From positions 65,164,001-65,228,000 of the forward strand of contig NC_086097.1 in NCBI RefSeq assembly GCF_963921235.1: a stretch of 64,000 nucleotides of DNA. The letters run 5' to 3'. This document shows, piece by piece, positions 48,081 to 62,084 of this stretch. This stretch comes from Mobula hypostoma. Its lineage: Eukaryota. The position numbers and the translations under genes were made by a program. The notes under the pieces were generated by a model that was not told the DNA's origin, searched no databases, and was given only the letters and a program-made list of their open reading frames with translations. Positions within the stretch are counted from its first letter, which is position 1; every line of letters begins with the position of its first letter.

Positions 48081-51000
48081 TAGATGACTCATTGTTGTAA
48101 GTACAAAATGATGTTGTCATGCACAAGGTTGCTGGGATAGAAGTGACCAGGACAAACATCTAGATATTTCAGTCACTCAGGTTGAAGCATTGTGGAAGTA
48201 ACAGTTTAAGGGCTGTAAATGAAGAGACAAGAAGGAGCATGGGTTGGAAACAAAAGTTAAAATTAGTTATATTTTTAAAATTTCCATCAAAAATTAAAAC
48301 TGAGAAAATGATAGTCCAAAGTTGTAAAGTTCATCTAGAGTAGCCAAGGGGTTGAGTGGAAGTAATTAATAATCATCAGGCTCATAAAAGTGCAGTTAGA
48401 CTTCAAATGAATTAACTTTCTATCAACCATGCAACTTCACTTCACTGAATGTTTTTGAAAGGGAAACTGATTAACAACATGCTTGGCTACATCTTACTGT
48501 CTGAAGCCAAGGGTTTTACTAGCACTGCTAACCAGCACAACAACTTTCTACACTCAGACATTCACCATCAACCTATGCAAGGATATTTATGGAGATAATT
48601 TTAAAATTGTTTAGCTATGAATAGACTACAGCTTGAGTATTGTGTACAATCTTGCTGTGAGGAAAAAATAGATAAGCTGGGGTTGTTTCTGTGGAAAAGG
48701 CTGAAGGGTATACAAAATTATTAAGATGGAATAAATATGTCTTTACTGTATTTCTTGTTATCATAATGCAGGAGGCATAGAATTAAAGTAATTGGTAGAA
48801 GGATTAGAGGGGAGATGAGGAAAAGATTTTTTCACCCAGCAGGTTAATGCATCTGGAGCCTTTTAAACAGTACTATCATCTGTACTTGAAGATGTATGAA
48901 TGGAATTTGAAGGCAATATTAGTATGGTTAAATCCTTTTCAGCTGACATGGCATGATGGGCTAATGTCCCCTTTCTGTACCTTAAATTAAAGACATGGTG
49001 TGAAGCCATCAAGATACTGGTCAAAGATATTAAACCATTGATCCAAAAACATGATATTTAATTCTCACTATAACAAATTGGGAATCTAGTTCTATTAAGT
49101 AAATATATTTTGCATTAATGTTCAACCTAATAACAGTAACCATGAAACTACCAGGTTTTACCAGGTAAAAAACCTGGTTGGTTCAGTCATTACCCATTAC
49201 CCAGCCTGGCCAATACATGACTTCTGATCCTACAGCTGTGGAAAAATTCTAAATGAACATTTAATATTGACAGATCCAATGACAGTTAAATGCCATAAAT
49301 GAACACATATTTTAAAAATAATTCTATGACTGCATATTGTGGATGAACAACGTATCATTGACAAAATAAAGGTCACCATTCAAATATCTCTATAGTCAAT
49401 TACAAGACTATCAACTTATAAGAGCCAATAAAAACTCTTCTCCAGAGCTTGACCTACAAAGATACTTTGCTGTTTCAGAACTGCCATGGGTTCTATAGAG
49501 GATTCTGCTCAGCAAAAGACCCTGCAAAAGAAAAGCAACTTGGGATACTACTCGAAGGAGATAACTAACAGAATAATCTGATATTGAGACATCATTGGAT
49601 CAGCTTTTCAAAATGAATTTTTGAAGGAGGATATATGACTAAAGGTAACTTGCATCTTAAGGTAATTTAAATTATAATCTCAAATAGAACTTATTAAATG
49701 TAAATTATATTGTAAAGTGCATTAAGTAGGAATGAGGAAAATAAGATATCAGAATTGTAATCCATGGGTCAAATGAATCACTAACATTTGTCACACCTGA
49801 AATTAATTATTCGTTCTTCTCAAGATGAGAGTAAATTACCCTCTAAGTCTTGAAAAATTTAAGGATTGGTTTTCTAAAAATTATAACATTAATATTTTGG
49901 CCCAGTGTGGAAGCCAGGTGTGAAGGAAAGTATTGAGTGACTTTTCATTCGCCCATTTTCTTTATGGGATTGATCAACTCTAGGAGCAAGTATTTCACTA
50001 CAATTGATAAAGCATCACTAATTATTACCCAAATTTATGTTACAGATTTTTTTGTTAGTAATAGTTATTTTACAAAATTATTCTTCAAATCTTTTCTTTT
50101 CAATCTTAATGGAAAGTGAAGACTGAGATGAAAAAATATTGGACTATTGGTTCTAACACTATGAGTTCCGGGAGTCACAGAATTATACAGCATAAAAACA
50201 AGCCCTTTGACTCAATTCATTCATGCCGACCAAGCCGTCCATATGAGTTATTCCCACTTGTCTGCACATCATGTAAATCATCATCTGGTGCATATCAATG
50301 TAAAACCTTTCCAATTCATATACTTGCCTTAGGCAATACTAAGTAATTTTTAATTCTTTGTAAATATATAAAAATTATTCATGTACAGTACAACTCAATT
50401 GAATGTAATTCAAATATTTCCATGAAAACAATACAGCACCAGTAAAATGGAAACAAATTGTGTTCTTCAGAGCTAAAATCTTAGAAGTAATTCAAGATTC
50501 AAGATTGTTTAATGGCATTTCCAGCACACAAGAGTAAAGGAGTAAATTTTACTCTAGATCTGATGCAGTATTAAAAAACATAAGGTAAAGAACAAAACAA
50601 CAAAAAAGCACAATAAATATAAATATATGAGATAGCTTATATACATAGATCGATAGTATGCACATAAAATGACATTAGATACAGGATTGTTCACTGCCAG
50701 TTTTATACATTAAATCTAACAATGCTGAATATTCAGTACTTTTTGTTTTATTCTTGATTGCCAGCAATTGCACTATTTTACTTTAGCCATTGGATAGCCT
50801 GACAGCTTCGGAAGTATTTTCTTCTCTTATTCAGTTTTGGGACCTTGGCATTGCTAGCATTTATCACCTAATTGTGCTTGTGAAGGTGGTGCTGAATCTC
50901 TTCTTTGAAGAAATGGAGGGAAGGTAACATTGGGAAGGGTATTCCAGTAATGTAATATTTCCAAGTCAGGGTGACGTGGAAGGAAGTCTGCTAGACACTT

Positions 51001-51114
51001 TCTAGTTTTTTCCCTTCACTTTATTGATAGTATGCCCTGCAGCTGGTGGTGCTCGTGAGAATGAATGGTTCAAGTAGAGTGAAAATTAAACAAACTGGAC
51101 TACCTGCAAGTTAA

Positions 51115-51940
51115 CCTTTAAGGTGTTCTACACAAGGACGCCTAAGGTCCTTTCATTCTCAGATTTTTGGATTTTCCCCCTGTATGGAAAATAGTCTACA
51201 CACTTATTTCTTCTACCACAGTGTATTACCATGCATTTTTCAACATTGTATTTCATTTTCCACTTTCTTGTCCATTCTTCTAATCTGTCTAAGTCCTTCT
51301 GCAGCCTACCTGTTTCCTCAACACTACCTGCCCATCAACCAATCTTCATATCATCTGCAAACTTGGCAACAAAGCAATCTACTCCATCATCTAAATCATT
51401 GATATACAGCATAAAAAGAACACCATTAGCAACTGGCAGGCTACAAGAAAAGGATCCTTTTATTCCCACTCAGTGCCTCTACCAATCAGCCAATGCTCTA
51501 ACGATGCCAGTAACTGTCCCATAATACCATGGGCTCTTAACATGGTAAGCAGCCTCATGTGTGGCATCTTGTCGAATGCTTTCTGAAAGTCCAAATATAC
51601 ATCCCCTTTATCTATCCTACTTGTAACCTCCTCAAAGAATTCTAACAGGTTCATCAGACAAGATTTTCCCTGAAGGAAACCATGTTGACTTTTTCCTATC
51701 TTGTCCTGTGTTACCAAGTACTCCAAAACCTCATCCTTAGCAATTGACTCTAATATCTTCCCAACCACTGAGATCAGGCTAACTGGCCTATAGTTCCCTT
51801 TCTGCTGCCTTCCTCCTTTCTTAAAGAGTGGAGTGACATTTACAATCTTCCAATCCTCTGGCACCATGCCAGAGTCCAATGGTTTCTGAAAGATCATTAC
51901 TAATGCCTCCATAATCTCTACCGCTACCTCTTTCATCCTG
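51115..51940 (-). mobile_element. CR1 LINE RT fragment
   Basis: PEDWKIVNVTPLFKKG..NYRPVSLIS..SQHGF..YLDFQKAFDK. Confidence 0.9.
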
Positions 51941-52855
51941 GAGATGGGATGATTGACATATGACCAGCACAACCTACAGCACACATGAGATATCGCTTCA
52001 ACCACTGGAGTAGTTTTATTTTGATTCTATTGACTTTACTTTTACCAGAGATCTTTGCTGCCATATTTAGTCTAATGCTGCCTTGTGTGACTGACAGCAA
52101 TTGGTAAACACACTCCTTGCACACTTGCATTCACTTGCCTTGTCATTCTGCTGTCGTTGTGGTGAGTGTATGTACTTAAATGTCTTCCCGAGTTCAGCAT
52201 ATTCTCAGAGTTGACCCACTGGTTTCCCTCCACATTCAGAGTCAACACCAAAATTTAGTTTAATTTCATTCTTTATTTGTACTAAGTGTAAGTGTTGATC
52301 ATGTTGAGCATTCTGCTGTTTCACACTGTCGTTTCCCGACAGTCACATGATGTCCACTGGGTCCTAAACCAACCTGATGCACTCAAGTTGGCTTTATGTT
52401 GCCTTTCCCACCATACACAGTGGAATATTCCATTTCTTTATTAATGGGGATGTGTATATGTTGATGGTATATTGTACCATATATTGATGTATATTGTACT
52501 GTTTATTTTGCAATATAATTGTAACTACATTGTGGGAGCATCATATTCTAATTCATGGGTAGTCTTAAGTTAACTATGTTGGTAATTAAAGACATTAAGT
52601 TCAGGTGCCTAAAAAAAGCTTTCAGTAAGAGGGAGCGGGAAGGGCTGTCAGGAGTTCTTACTGGACAAGAATAAGTACGGAGTTATTATTGTGCTTTCTT
52701 CTAGGTATCATTTTGTAAATATTGGCATTTTTCTTTTCACTATTTTCAGTAATTTTGGCAAGTTTGATTTTTGATGCACCTAATAAACACCCTTGCTCTA
52801 AAGTGCTAAGTGACTCTATCCATTTTCTTTTTGGTTATAACCCACGATCCCAACA

Positions 52856-53360
52856 GACTCACAGATGAAGTGTTGCCTCATCTAAGGACTGTTTAGGGCC
52901 CTGAACGGTAGTGACGGAGATGGTGTAGGGGCAGATTGCAAGGACTTGTTCCGCTTGCAAGGATAAGTGCCACAAGGGAGATCAATGGGGCGGGACAAAT
53001 AGACAAGGGAGTCATGTTGGGAATGATCCCTGCAGAAAGCAGAAAGTTGGGGGGGAGGGAAAGATGTGCTTGGTGGTGGGATCCCATTAGAGATGGCAGA
53101 AGATTCAGAGAATTATGTGCTTGATGCGAAGGCTGGTGGGGTGCTAGGTGAGGACAAGAAGAACCCTATCCCTGGTAGGGTGGTGGGAGGATGGGGTAAG
53201 AACGGATGTGCATTAAATGAAAGAGATGAAGTTGAGATGCAGTTGGTGGAAGAAGGGAAGCCCCTTTTTTTGAAAAAAGAGGACAGCTCCTTCATTCTAG
53301 AATGATAGGCCTCATACTGAGAGTAGATGTGGCTGAGACAGAGGAATTGAGAGAAGGGGA
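52856..53360 (-). mobile_element. Penelope-like element internal fragment
   Basis: SSFFKKRGFPSST, homologous to 62480-62990. Confidence 0.8.
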
Positions 53361-53577
53361 CATCAGATATCTCAGATCCTCCACAGTGCCAAGAGTCTTA
53401 CCATTAATACCGTATTCTATCTTCAAATTTGACCTACCAAAATGAACCACTTCGCACTTATCTGGGTTGAACTCCACCTGCCATTTTTCAGGCCAATTCT
53501 GCTCCCTATCGATATCCTGCTATAACCTCTGGTAACCCTCCAGACTATGCACAACATCCCCAACCTTTGTGTCATTA
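53361..53577 (-). mobile_element. CR1 RT fragment
   Basis: DTKVG..WQVEFNPDKCEVVHFGRSN. Confidence 0.8.
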
Positions 53578-54534
53578 AATTTGTTTTTATTTGAAAGGCA
53601 CTGACATGCTGTTCTTGCATTACTGATGATGATAGCAACAAGAGGCAAATATCTCTTTAAAAGGTAAACTTGTGGGGAATCATTTGGCTGCTGGATCATT
53701 TGAAATGCTCGAGATTGCTATTCTAGAAATATACATGATACTGCAAGCATTGTGCTCTGTCCAGAACTGTCCAGCCAAAGAATATCCCCAGGGTAATGTA
53801 AAGGAAAAATACAATAGAAATCAAAAATATAATAGAAAAAGCTGACCTCTGCAGGTCAGACTACACTGTGGAATAAGAAAAAGAGTCAATAATACTTCCT
53901 GCTAATGATCCAACATCAGAGCTGGAAAAAAATTAAAGATGGCCTTACATTTATAGGGTATTTATTTTAACGTCCTACAGGTAATTTTGTTTCAATTTAT
54001 GGGAAGCAAGAGTACTTTTGTGATCCATAAAATAATGTAGATATCAACAGCTGGGTTTTCTTGCATGATCTTGCCTATTTTCCATTCTCCCTAATAGCTC
54101 ACCTTTAATTTTTATGTCACCCATTTCTGAGAGTTTCATTCGATTTCTGAAGCTCACTGATTAGATTCAGTGTCATTGAAACAGCTTGCTAGCGTGATCT
54201 CTATGTCATTGTATAAAAATCAAATCTAGCCCAAGGCTTCTAAGAAATACCACATGCAACATTTCTGTTATCTGTTAAACTAATATAACTTCCATAGGGA
54301 GAACCATAGATTGTAGTGTTGGGTCAAGCTATGTAATTTGAAGTCACCAATTGCAAAGTAAGGCAAAGCCCTGCCTCTTTGTAAAACCAGAAGGGATTGT
54401 AATCATTGCACCACTTAAAACCAGGATTTGACATGTCTCACCAGAATTAGGAATGTGCCTAGATTACTCCATCTACTAAGCAATAAAAGGGAAAAAGTGC
54501 CTCAAGGTTAGAGTATTTTGAATATTTTCAGTTT

Positions 54535-54905
54535 CCTGAAAGTCGCAGCTGAAGAGATTCTGGAGACGTTGTGGTGATCTTTCAAGAATCACTAGATCAC
54601 AAGAGTGGGGGAGATTCAAAGAAGAGGACATGAGTTGAGAGTTAAAGGGCAAAAGTTTTGTGGTAACATGAGGGGGGACTTCTTTACTCAGAGAGTGGTG
54701 GCTGTGTGGAACAAGCTTCCAGCAGAAGTGGTTGAGGCAGGTTCGATGTTGTCATTTAAAGCTCAATTGGCTAGCTATATGGACAGGAAAGGAATGGAGG
54801 GTTATGGGCTGAGTGCAGGTCGGTGGGACTAGGTGAGAGTAGGAGTTCGGCATGGACTAGAAGGGCCGAGATGGTCTGTTTCTGTGCTGTAATTGTTATA
54901 TGGTT
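54535..54905 (+). mobile_element. CR1 3' end
   Basis: RGHELRVKG..FFTQRVVAVWNKLP; CR1 tail. Confidence 0.8.
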
Positions 54906-54908
54906 GTT

Positions 54909-54909
54909 T

Positions 54910-54941
<32 letters not shown>

Positions 54942-54952
54942 TATATATATAT
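54909..54952. repeat. (TA)n microsatellite
   Basis: tatatatatatatatatatatataaataaatatatatatat at the junction of two retroelements. Confidence 0.9.
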
Positions 54953-54954
54953 GG

Positions 54955-56765
54955 ATAGTGTTTTTACAAGTAACAGGGTGGGAAGAGGTATAGTCCAGGT
55001 CGCTGTGAGAATCCATGGGTTTATAATAAACATCAGTGGATAAGCTGTCTCTTGAGATAGAGACAGTGAGACTGAGGTGTTGGAAATGGACCAGGTAAAT
55101 TTGAGGGCAGGGTGGAAGATGGAGGCAAAGTAGATGAAGTTGACAAGTTTAGCATGGGTGCAGGAAGCAGCACTGATGCAGTCATCGATGTAGCACAGGA
55201 AAAGTGCGATGGTCACCAATGTAGGCTTGAAATACAGACTGCTCCACATAGCCGGCAAACAGTCAGGCATAGCTAGAACCCATGCGAGTACCCATGGGTA
55301 CACCTTTTGTTTGAGGGAAGTGGGAGGAGCCAAAGGAGAAATTATTTATAGTGAGGTCAAGTTCTGCTAGGTGGAGGCGAGTGGAGGTGGAAGGGAACCG
55401 GTTAGGTCTGGTGTCCAAAAACAAATGGAGAGCTTTGAAGTGGAGGATGGAGGTGTATAGGGACCGAACATCTATAGTAAAAATAAGATGATGGGACCAG
55501 GGAACCTGAAATCATTGAAAAGATTCAGAGCACGTGAAGTGTCATGGATGTAGGTAGGAAGGGACTGAACTAGGGGGGATAAAGCAGAGTCGAGGTATGC
55601 AGATATGAGTTCAGTGGGGCAGGAACAAGCTGAAACATGGGTCTACCTGGACAAGAGGGTTTGTGGATCAGGGGTAGGAGGTAGAAATGTGAGGTGCGGG
55701 GATGCGTGAACTATGAGGTTGGTGGTGGTGGATGGGACTTCCCCAGAGTCAATAAGGTTGGTGATGGTGTGGGAGACAATGGACTGGTGTTCCTTAGTGG
55801 GGTCTTGTTTGAGGGGTAAGCAAGAGGAGGTATCTGAGAGTTGGCGCTGAGCTTCAGCAAAATTCAGGTCATTACACAAGACTACTATAGCACCCCCTTT
55901 ATCTGCAGGTTTGATCGTGAGGTTAGGAGGGAGCGGAAAACTGTGTGTTTGGAAGGAGTGAGGTTGGAATAGGAGAGTGTGTTAAAGTCTAGCCGGTTAA
56001 TGTGCCGTTGGTAGTTGGCAATGAAAATGTCCAGAGCAGGCAGAAGACCAGGGCGGGGTGTCCAGGAAGAAGACGAGTGTTGAAGATGAGAGAAGTGGTC
56101 ATCTGTGCGAGGTGGACAGTCCTTGCTACAGAGACAGGCTTGGAGATGGAGCAGCAGAAGAAGAGCTCAGCATCGTGACAGGCACGGAACTCACTGAAGT
56201 GTGGGCACAGGGGTACAAAGATGAGGCCCTTACTGAGGTCAGAACATTCTGCCTCAGACAGGGAAAGGTCAGAGAGGATGGTGAGAACCCGGGATTGATG
56301 AGAGCTGGGATCGGAGGGGGGAAGAGGTTGGTGTCTCCGAAGAAATGGGAGATTTGGGATGTTCAGAGATGGTGGGGTGAGAGGAAGGTGGAGTCTCCAA
56401 GGACCCCAGAGCTGGTGGTGGGACCTGAGAGAGACGGGACTGTGGAGTGGTGGTGGAGGAAGGGCAGATGGGGATTCCAGTGGCAGCATGTGAAGATCTG
56501 TCCTGGAGGTCAAGGCTGGAGTCAAAAATGGAGGTTATACAATCAGCACTTTGGAGGTGTCCAAGATTGTTGGAGCCTGCATTGATGGCGGTAGAGTCTG
56601 GGTTTTGAGTCTGTTCTGGATTGTTAGAGCCGTCGAGATCAGCAGCAGCGATCGTGGTCTGGAGGCATCCAGGCCTGCCGACAATGGACTCAGCAGGTTC
56701 TGTGGTCTGTAGACGGGCGATCTTCTGATCCTTCCAAAAAGTCTAAGAACCAGTGACTGGAAGCG
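54955..56765 (-). mobile_element. Penelope-like element, N-terminal and RT region, decayed
   Basis: LSEAECSDLSKGLIFVP, IKPADKGGAIV, QTKGVPMGTRMG and CYIDDCI motifs. Confidence 0.85.
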
Positions 56766-57975
56766 TGAACTGTTGTCAAAAAACAGTAGCCTGGCAAAAG
56801 TATTAACATCGTCCAAGTGATCCAAGGCCATGTGAAGAGGCAATGAGATTGTATCCGTTGTTGACCCAATATGGCAATAGGCAAATTGCAGTAGGTCCAG
56901 GTCCAAGCTGTATCAGTGAGAGATTGAAAATGTCTTTGAACACATCCGCCAGCTGGTTGACACAGGTTTTAAGAGCCCTACCAGGTACACCAGCGGGACC
57001 TGTCGCCTTGCGAGGGTTCACCCTCTTGAAAGACAGTCTGACATTGACCTCCAAGACAGAGATCACAGGGCCACCAGGTGCTGCAGGGATCTTCATAGCT
57101 GTGGTTTTACAAAGAGTGCATAGAAGGTAATGAGCTCACCTGAGAATAAAGTGTCACTGCTTTTCATGATGTTAGGTTTTGCTGTGTCGGAAGTAATGTC
57201 CCTAAAACCCTGCCAGTGTTGATATGCATCTGATATTGTCTCTAACCTTGACTGGAATTTTCTTTTGCTCTTGAGATAGCCCCCTGTAAGTCGTACTGTA
57301 TCTAGCTTTCTTATATAGTCCTGGATCACCAGACTTGAATGCCCTCAGCAGACCTCAAATCTCCTGTTTCATCCATGGCTTTTGATTCGGGTATATACAG
57401 TATGTTTTCATTGGTACACACTCATCCACGATGAAGTCATTGTCAACTGTAATGTATTCATTCAGACTCGAAGATGAATCCCTGAATACAGTCCGGTCCA
57501 CCGACTCAAAGCAGTCCTGTAAGTACTCCTTGTGCCTTCCTTGAAAATACCTTCTTGACCCTCTCTACTGCTGCTGTGGTCTTCAGTCTCTGCCTGTACT
57601 CAGGGAGTAGAAACACAGCCAGATTATCAGACTTTCCAAAGTATGGGTGTGGGATGGCATGGTAAGCACTCTTGATGCTGGTACAACATAGGTCCAGTGT
57701 ATTGGCTCCTCTGATTCCACAAGTGTTCTGTTGGTAATAATTATTCAGAGATTTTTTCAAGCTGGCCTGGTTATAATCCCCCAAAATGACAGGGAAGGGA
57801 TTAGGGTGTGCTGTTTCATGCCTGTTGATTACATAGCTCAGTTCATCTAGAACCTGGTTGGCACAGGTCTGAAGTGGGATGTACACCACTACCAAGATGA
57901 TTGCTAAAAACTCCTGCGACAGATAAATGGACGACTCTTGATTAGGAGATGTTCCAGGTCTGGTGAGCAGGCCAA
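56766..57975 (-). mobile_element. Rex/Babar LINE endonuclease and RT N-terminal fragment
   Basis: [53 protein letters not shown]. Confidence 0.85.
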
Positions 57976-58019
57976 CCCAACCTGTGAAGCTGTAAGGGGA
58001 AGAGCCTGAGAAATCACAG

Positions 58020-58260
58020 ACATGAATCTGTGGAATTCTCTGCCCAATGAAGCAGGAGAGGCTACCTCAGTGAATATATTTAAGACAGGGTTAGATAGAT
58101 TTTTGCACAGTATGGGAATTAAGGGTTATGGGGAAAAGGCAGGTGGGTGGAGATGAGTCCATAGTCAGATCAGCCATAATCTTATTGAATGGCAGAGCAG
58201 GCTCGACGGGGCAGAAGACCCAATCCTGCTCCTATTTCTTATGGCCTTATGCTCTTATGA
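58020..58260 (+). mobile_element. CR1 3' UTR fragment
   Basis: gaatctgtggaattctctgccc..tcagccataatcttattgaatggcagagcaggctcgacgggg; tail ttatggccttatgctcttatg. Confidence 0.8.
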
Positions 58261-60224
58261 ATGTAGACATCATTATGAATGAAGTTGAACATATGAACTG
58301 TACAGTGCTTTTGTCAAAAATCCACAATCACTTCACCCATATCTGGTGAAAGAAGGATATTAAATCCAGTTGTTTGCACGAGTTTCCTTCTTAATGACGC
58401 CCTGGAAGCCCGCCAAATAGCCTGCAACTTCATCTTTAATAATGGACTCCAACATCTTCCCAAGAAGTCAGGCTAATTGGTTTATAATTTCCTGTCTTTT
58501 GCCTTTCTCTGATTAAAGTTTTGTAAAGAACCAAACACCCCATTCATTAATATCCCTTTGCTTAGCATCAATACATGCCTCACTAATCATCCCTTGTGAA
58601 AAGCCTACTTGCCAAAAAAGGACAATTAAGAACATGGTGGAACTTAGAAACAAAATCTACGTATTGCACGTTCATACACAAGATACTTAAGTATTTGCTT
58701 TATCTTTACTCATCCTATTCCAAAAACTTTGGTATAGTGCAATCCACTTGGCTTTCACAGAAGCAAAGACAAGTGTTCAGATGCCTGAAACAACTGCTGA
58801 GATTCTCTTTGCTGAAAATTTGCATTTTGATGCTGATGAGAATTATGGAAATATTGTGTATCTGTCAGTAGCATTTCAACTTGATTGCTATATTGCTGTA
58901 ATCAATGACATCAGGGACATGACAACAATCTGCATAAATTAATTTTAATTTCAACATTTAAAGGGTCCACATGAACTTGCAAGTTGAACTGGTAATGAGG
59001 GTTGGAATTTCAGGTTAATGGAGTTGGGATGTGAAATGGCATTGATCCTTTTAGAGATGCTTTCCTGGATATGTTGCTCAGAACTATGAATGCACATATC
59101 TGTTAGTGTAACCATGATGATGTGAATGTACATTACTAACACTGTTTTCAATTCTGGCTCAACATGTTAGAAAAGATGCTGAGACCCTAGAGATTTACTA
59201 GAATGGTACCAGGAATGGGGCTCTTCAATTATGGGGAGAGATTGAAGAGGCTTGTGCCTTCTTTTTACCTTCAAGCAGAGAGGTTTAAAAGAATATTTAA
59301 TACAGATGCTCAAAATCATGAGTATTTTAAATAAATAGGAATCAATTGTTTCCATCAACAGAAGCATTGGAGACCAGAGCAGAAATGGCACATGATTTGC
59401 AAAAGAACCTGAGGCAGCAAGAAAAAGGCCTTTTTCTCCCCCACAGTGACCTGAAATATAAACACATTGACTAAAAGGGGAGTGAAAGGAGATTCTAAAC
59501 CAAAAGGAAATAAAATAAATGCTTAAAATGGGGGGGGGGGGTGGTAAACAAATCACACAGCCATAGAGAAAAAAAATAAATAACAGAATAGCAAAATACC
59601 CTCCTAGTATGCCCCAGTTCAATGATTTGAAGTGAGGAATGAGTAAAATGTCTGAGTGGAACAGATTGGGATGGAGATGAGATAAGGGCTAAGCAGCCAA
59701 GTCATTTCCAAGTTACAGTCAGGAACTTTAAATAAGTTGGAGAGGTTGGCAGCTTTTGATTTCCTATGTTTGGATTGTATACAATTGAAGTACCATTTCC
59801 CCAGGCTCTGGCAGAGTGAGGACAGATTTGGGAAGCAGCCAATTACCTTCACAGGCTAGGCTGCAACCAAGAGCAGCCAGAATATCTTGATGGCTTGGAT
59901 ATATGCAAATGACCTAGCTAATGCCATCAAGGCAAGTCTACATAAAAGCCTCTCCCAAAAACAATACTATTTATGATACAAAAATTGTGATTGTTGTGTC
60001 TGTGCAACTACATATCAAAAGCATGCATGTGGGAGACGACCTTAACTGGTGTATTCACTTTCCAGTGGGGGAGAGAGCAAGAGAGAGCGAGAGAGAGAAG
60101 ATCAATGTTGCGCAGGTAAATTATCAGTTCGTCAGTAGTGCTAAGGAGAGTCATTGCTGTAACAGAAATAGATTTGTAGATTACACTTCCTTCCCCTTTA
60201 GATTAATGCAACATAAAACTGTAC

Positions 60225-60780
60225 ATGTCAACAGTTCTGGGCCCCTCATCTCAGAAAGGATGCATTGTCATTGGAGAGAGTCCAGAGGAGGTTCATGAGG
60301 ATGATTCTGGGAATGAAGAGGTTAAGATATGAGGAATGTTTGGCAGCTTTGGGCCTGTTCTCAGTGGAATTTTGCAGAATGCATGGGAATCTCCTTGAAA
60401 CCTACCGAATTGTTGAAAAGACCAGATAAGGTGGATGTAGAGAGGATATTCTCTCTGGTGGGGGTATATAGAACTAGAGGGCACAGTCTCAAAACTGAAG
60501 GTCGACTTTTTAGAACAGAAGTAAGGAGAAATTTTTTTAGCTAAAGAGTGGTGAATCAGTGGAAAGCTCTGCCACAGACTGCAGTGGAGGCCAAGTCGGT
60601 GGGTATATTTAAAGCAGAAGTTGATAGATTCCTGATTGGGTCGGGGCACTAAAAGGATATGGTGAGAGAGCAGATGTATGAGGTTGAGTGGGATTGGGGA
60701 TCAGCCATGATGAAATGACAGAGCTACTCGATGGGCTGAATGGCCTAATTCTGCTCCCATGTCTTATCGTTTTATGATCT
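60225..60780 (+). mobile_element. CR1 3' end
   Basis: ERVQRRFMRMILG; RTRGHSLKTEGRLFRTEVRRNFFS; CR1 tail. Confidence 0.85.
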
Positions 60781-60899
60781 TGAAACATTCAGTTTCCCTT
60801 TCACGAACTATATGCAAATAAACATGCTTTCACATTAGCAGTCCATAACTAACTTCACTATACTAAAGATTCAGTCTTTTGGGTAGCACCCTGTTTCTT

Positions 60900-61925
60900 T
60901 CAGGATAGTGCCTCTGGATGTGGAGTGACATCAGATTTGGCAAGTGTCTAGTCAAAGAGAATGTTCTCAGTTGCCAGTGTCATGTTGCTGTCAGTGACAT
61001 GATCATCACTGAGAGATAAGTCCAGTGGCTGTAATGTGTCCATCTTGTTGTGCAGTCAACTCAAGTGTGTTCTTTGGTTCAGCATCCAGTATTTAGTCCA
61101 CATGATGTCTCCATGTATGATCTCCTATATCCCCTGTGTAGGTCAGTGGTCCAGTTCTTGTAGCTATCCTATCAGGTGTCCACTTGTCTTCTCAGTAATC
61201 ACATGCTAGGACATCCTGTCCAACCTCGAAGCTCCTCACTGCTTCGCTTGGCAACTGGTTGAACTGTTTATTCTGCACTTCCCTCCATAGGTCTGGTTTC
61301 AGGTTTCAGGAGCTCTATGTGTGATCTCAGATTCCTTCTCACGAACAGCATTGTAGGTGTTTGATTTGCCATCACAGAACAGAGTTCCAATACACAAAAA
61401 GGAAGTTGTCTACCTTGTGCTGTAGAGAAATACCCTCCTTGTCCTTAGCTTTAGTGGATTTCTTGAATGCTGAAACCTTTCAGTTAACGCATTCATTGGC
61501 GTGTGGTGACGAGCTGACTTGAAATGCTTGATGCCATTTTCCTTCATGAATAGCCTGAACTCCTCTGACATGTACTGTGATCCATTCTCATTCACAATTT
61601 GTTCAGGTAATCCATTTCTGTCGAAGATAGTCCTCAGAATGGGAACAGTCTTTTCTGAGGTGGTTGACTTCAGTGGTCTGACTCTGGCCATTTTGAATGA
61701 GCATCCACAGCAATGAGAAACATGGAGTCTATGAATGGCACAACAAAGTCAATAGGTACTCTTTGGCATGATGAAATGGGGTGCATTTGAAGTTTTTGGC
61801 ATCCCGAACAGCTTTTGATCAAGTCTTCAATCTGACTATCTATTCTCGGCCACCACACATACCTCTGGGGGAGACTCTTCATCTTGACTGTAAGCAGGTG
61901 TCCTTCAGGCAGATTCTGTAACACC
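60900..61925 (-). mobile_element. Gypsy/Ty3 LTR retrotransposon integrase fragment
   Basis: KMKSLPQRYVWWPRIDSQIE..CSGCQ (zinc finger), LIAVDAHSKWPE, GLPEQIVNENGSQYMSEEF (rve core, mutated). Confidence 0.85.
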
Positions 61926-62084
61926 TTCTTATTAGCATTAAGCAGTTGTGACAGTCACTAGTTAGTGCTACCATTTGGACTGCAGTTGCCTGTTGATAGC
62001 AGATCGAGAGCTTTGATTGTGTGCCAGTCTACTTGGAATTTTCTCAACCATTCACGTCCAACACATAAAGCTCCCATAAGGATC

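Noticed and set aside
49150..49178. Small hairpin accaggttt..aaacctggt
   Set aside because: A 9-bp stem is expected by chance or local duplication in 64 kb.
52451..52855. Possible LTR (TG..CA ends, AATAAA, short purine run upstream)
   Set aside because: No second LTR, TSD or adjacent recognisable pol sequence; support too weak.
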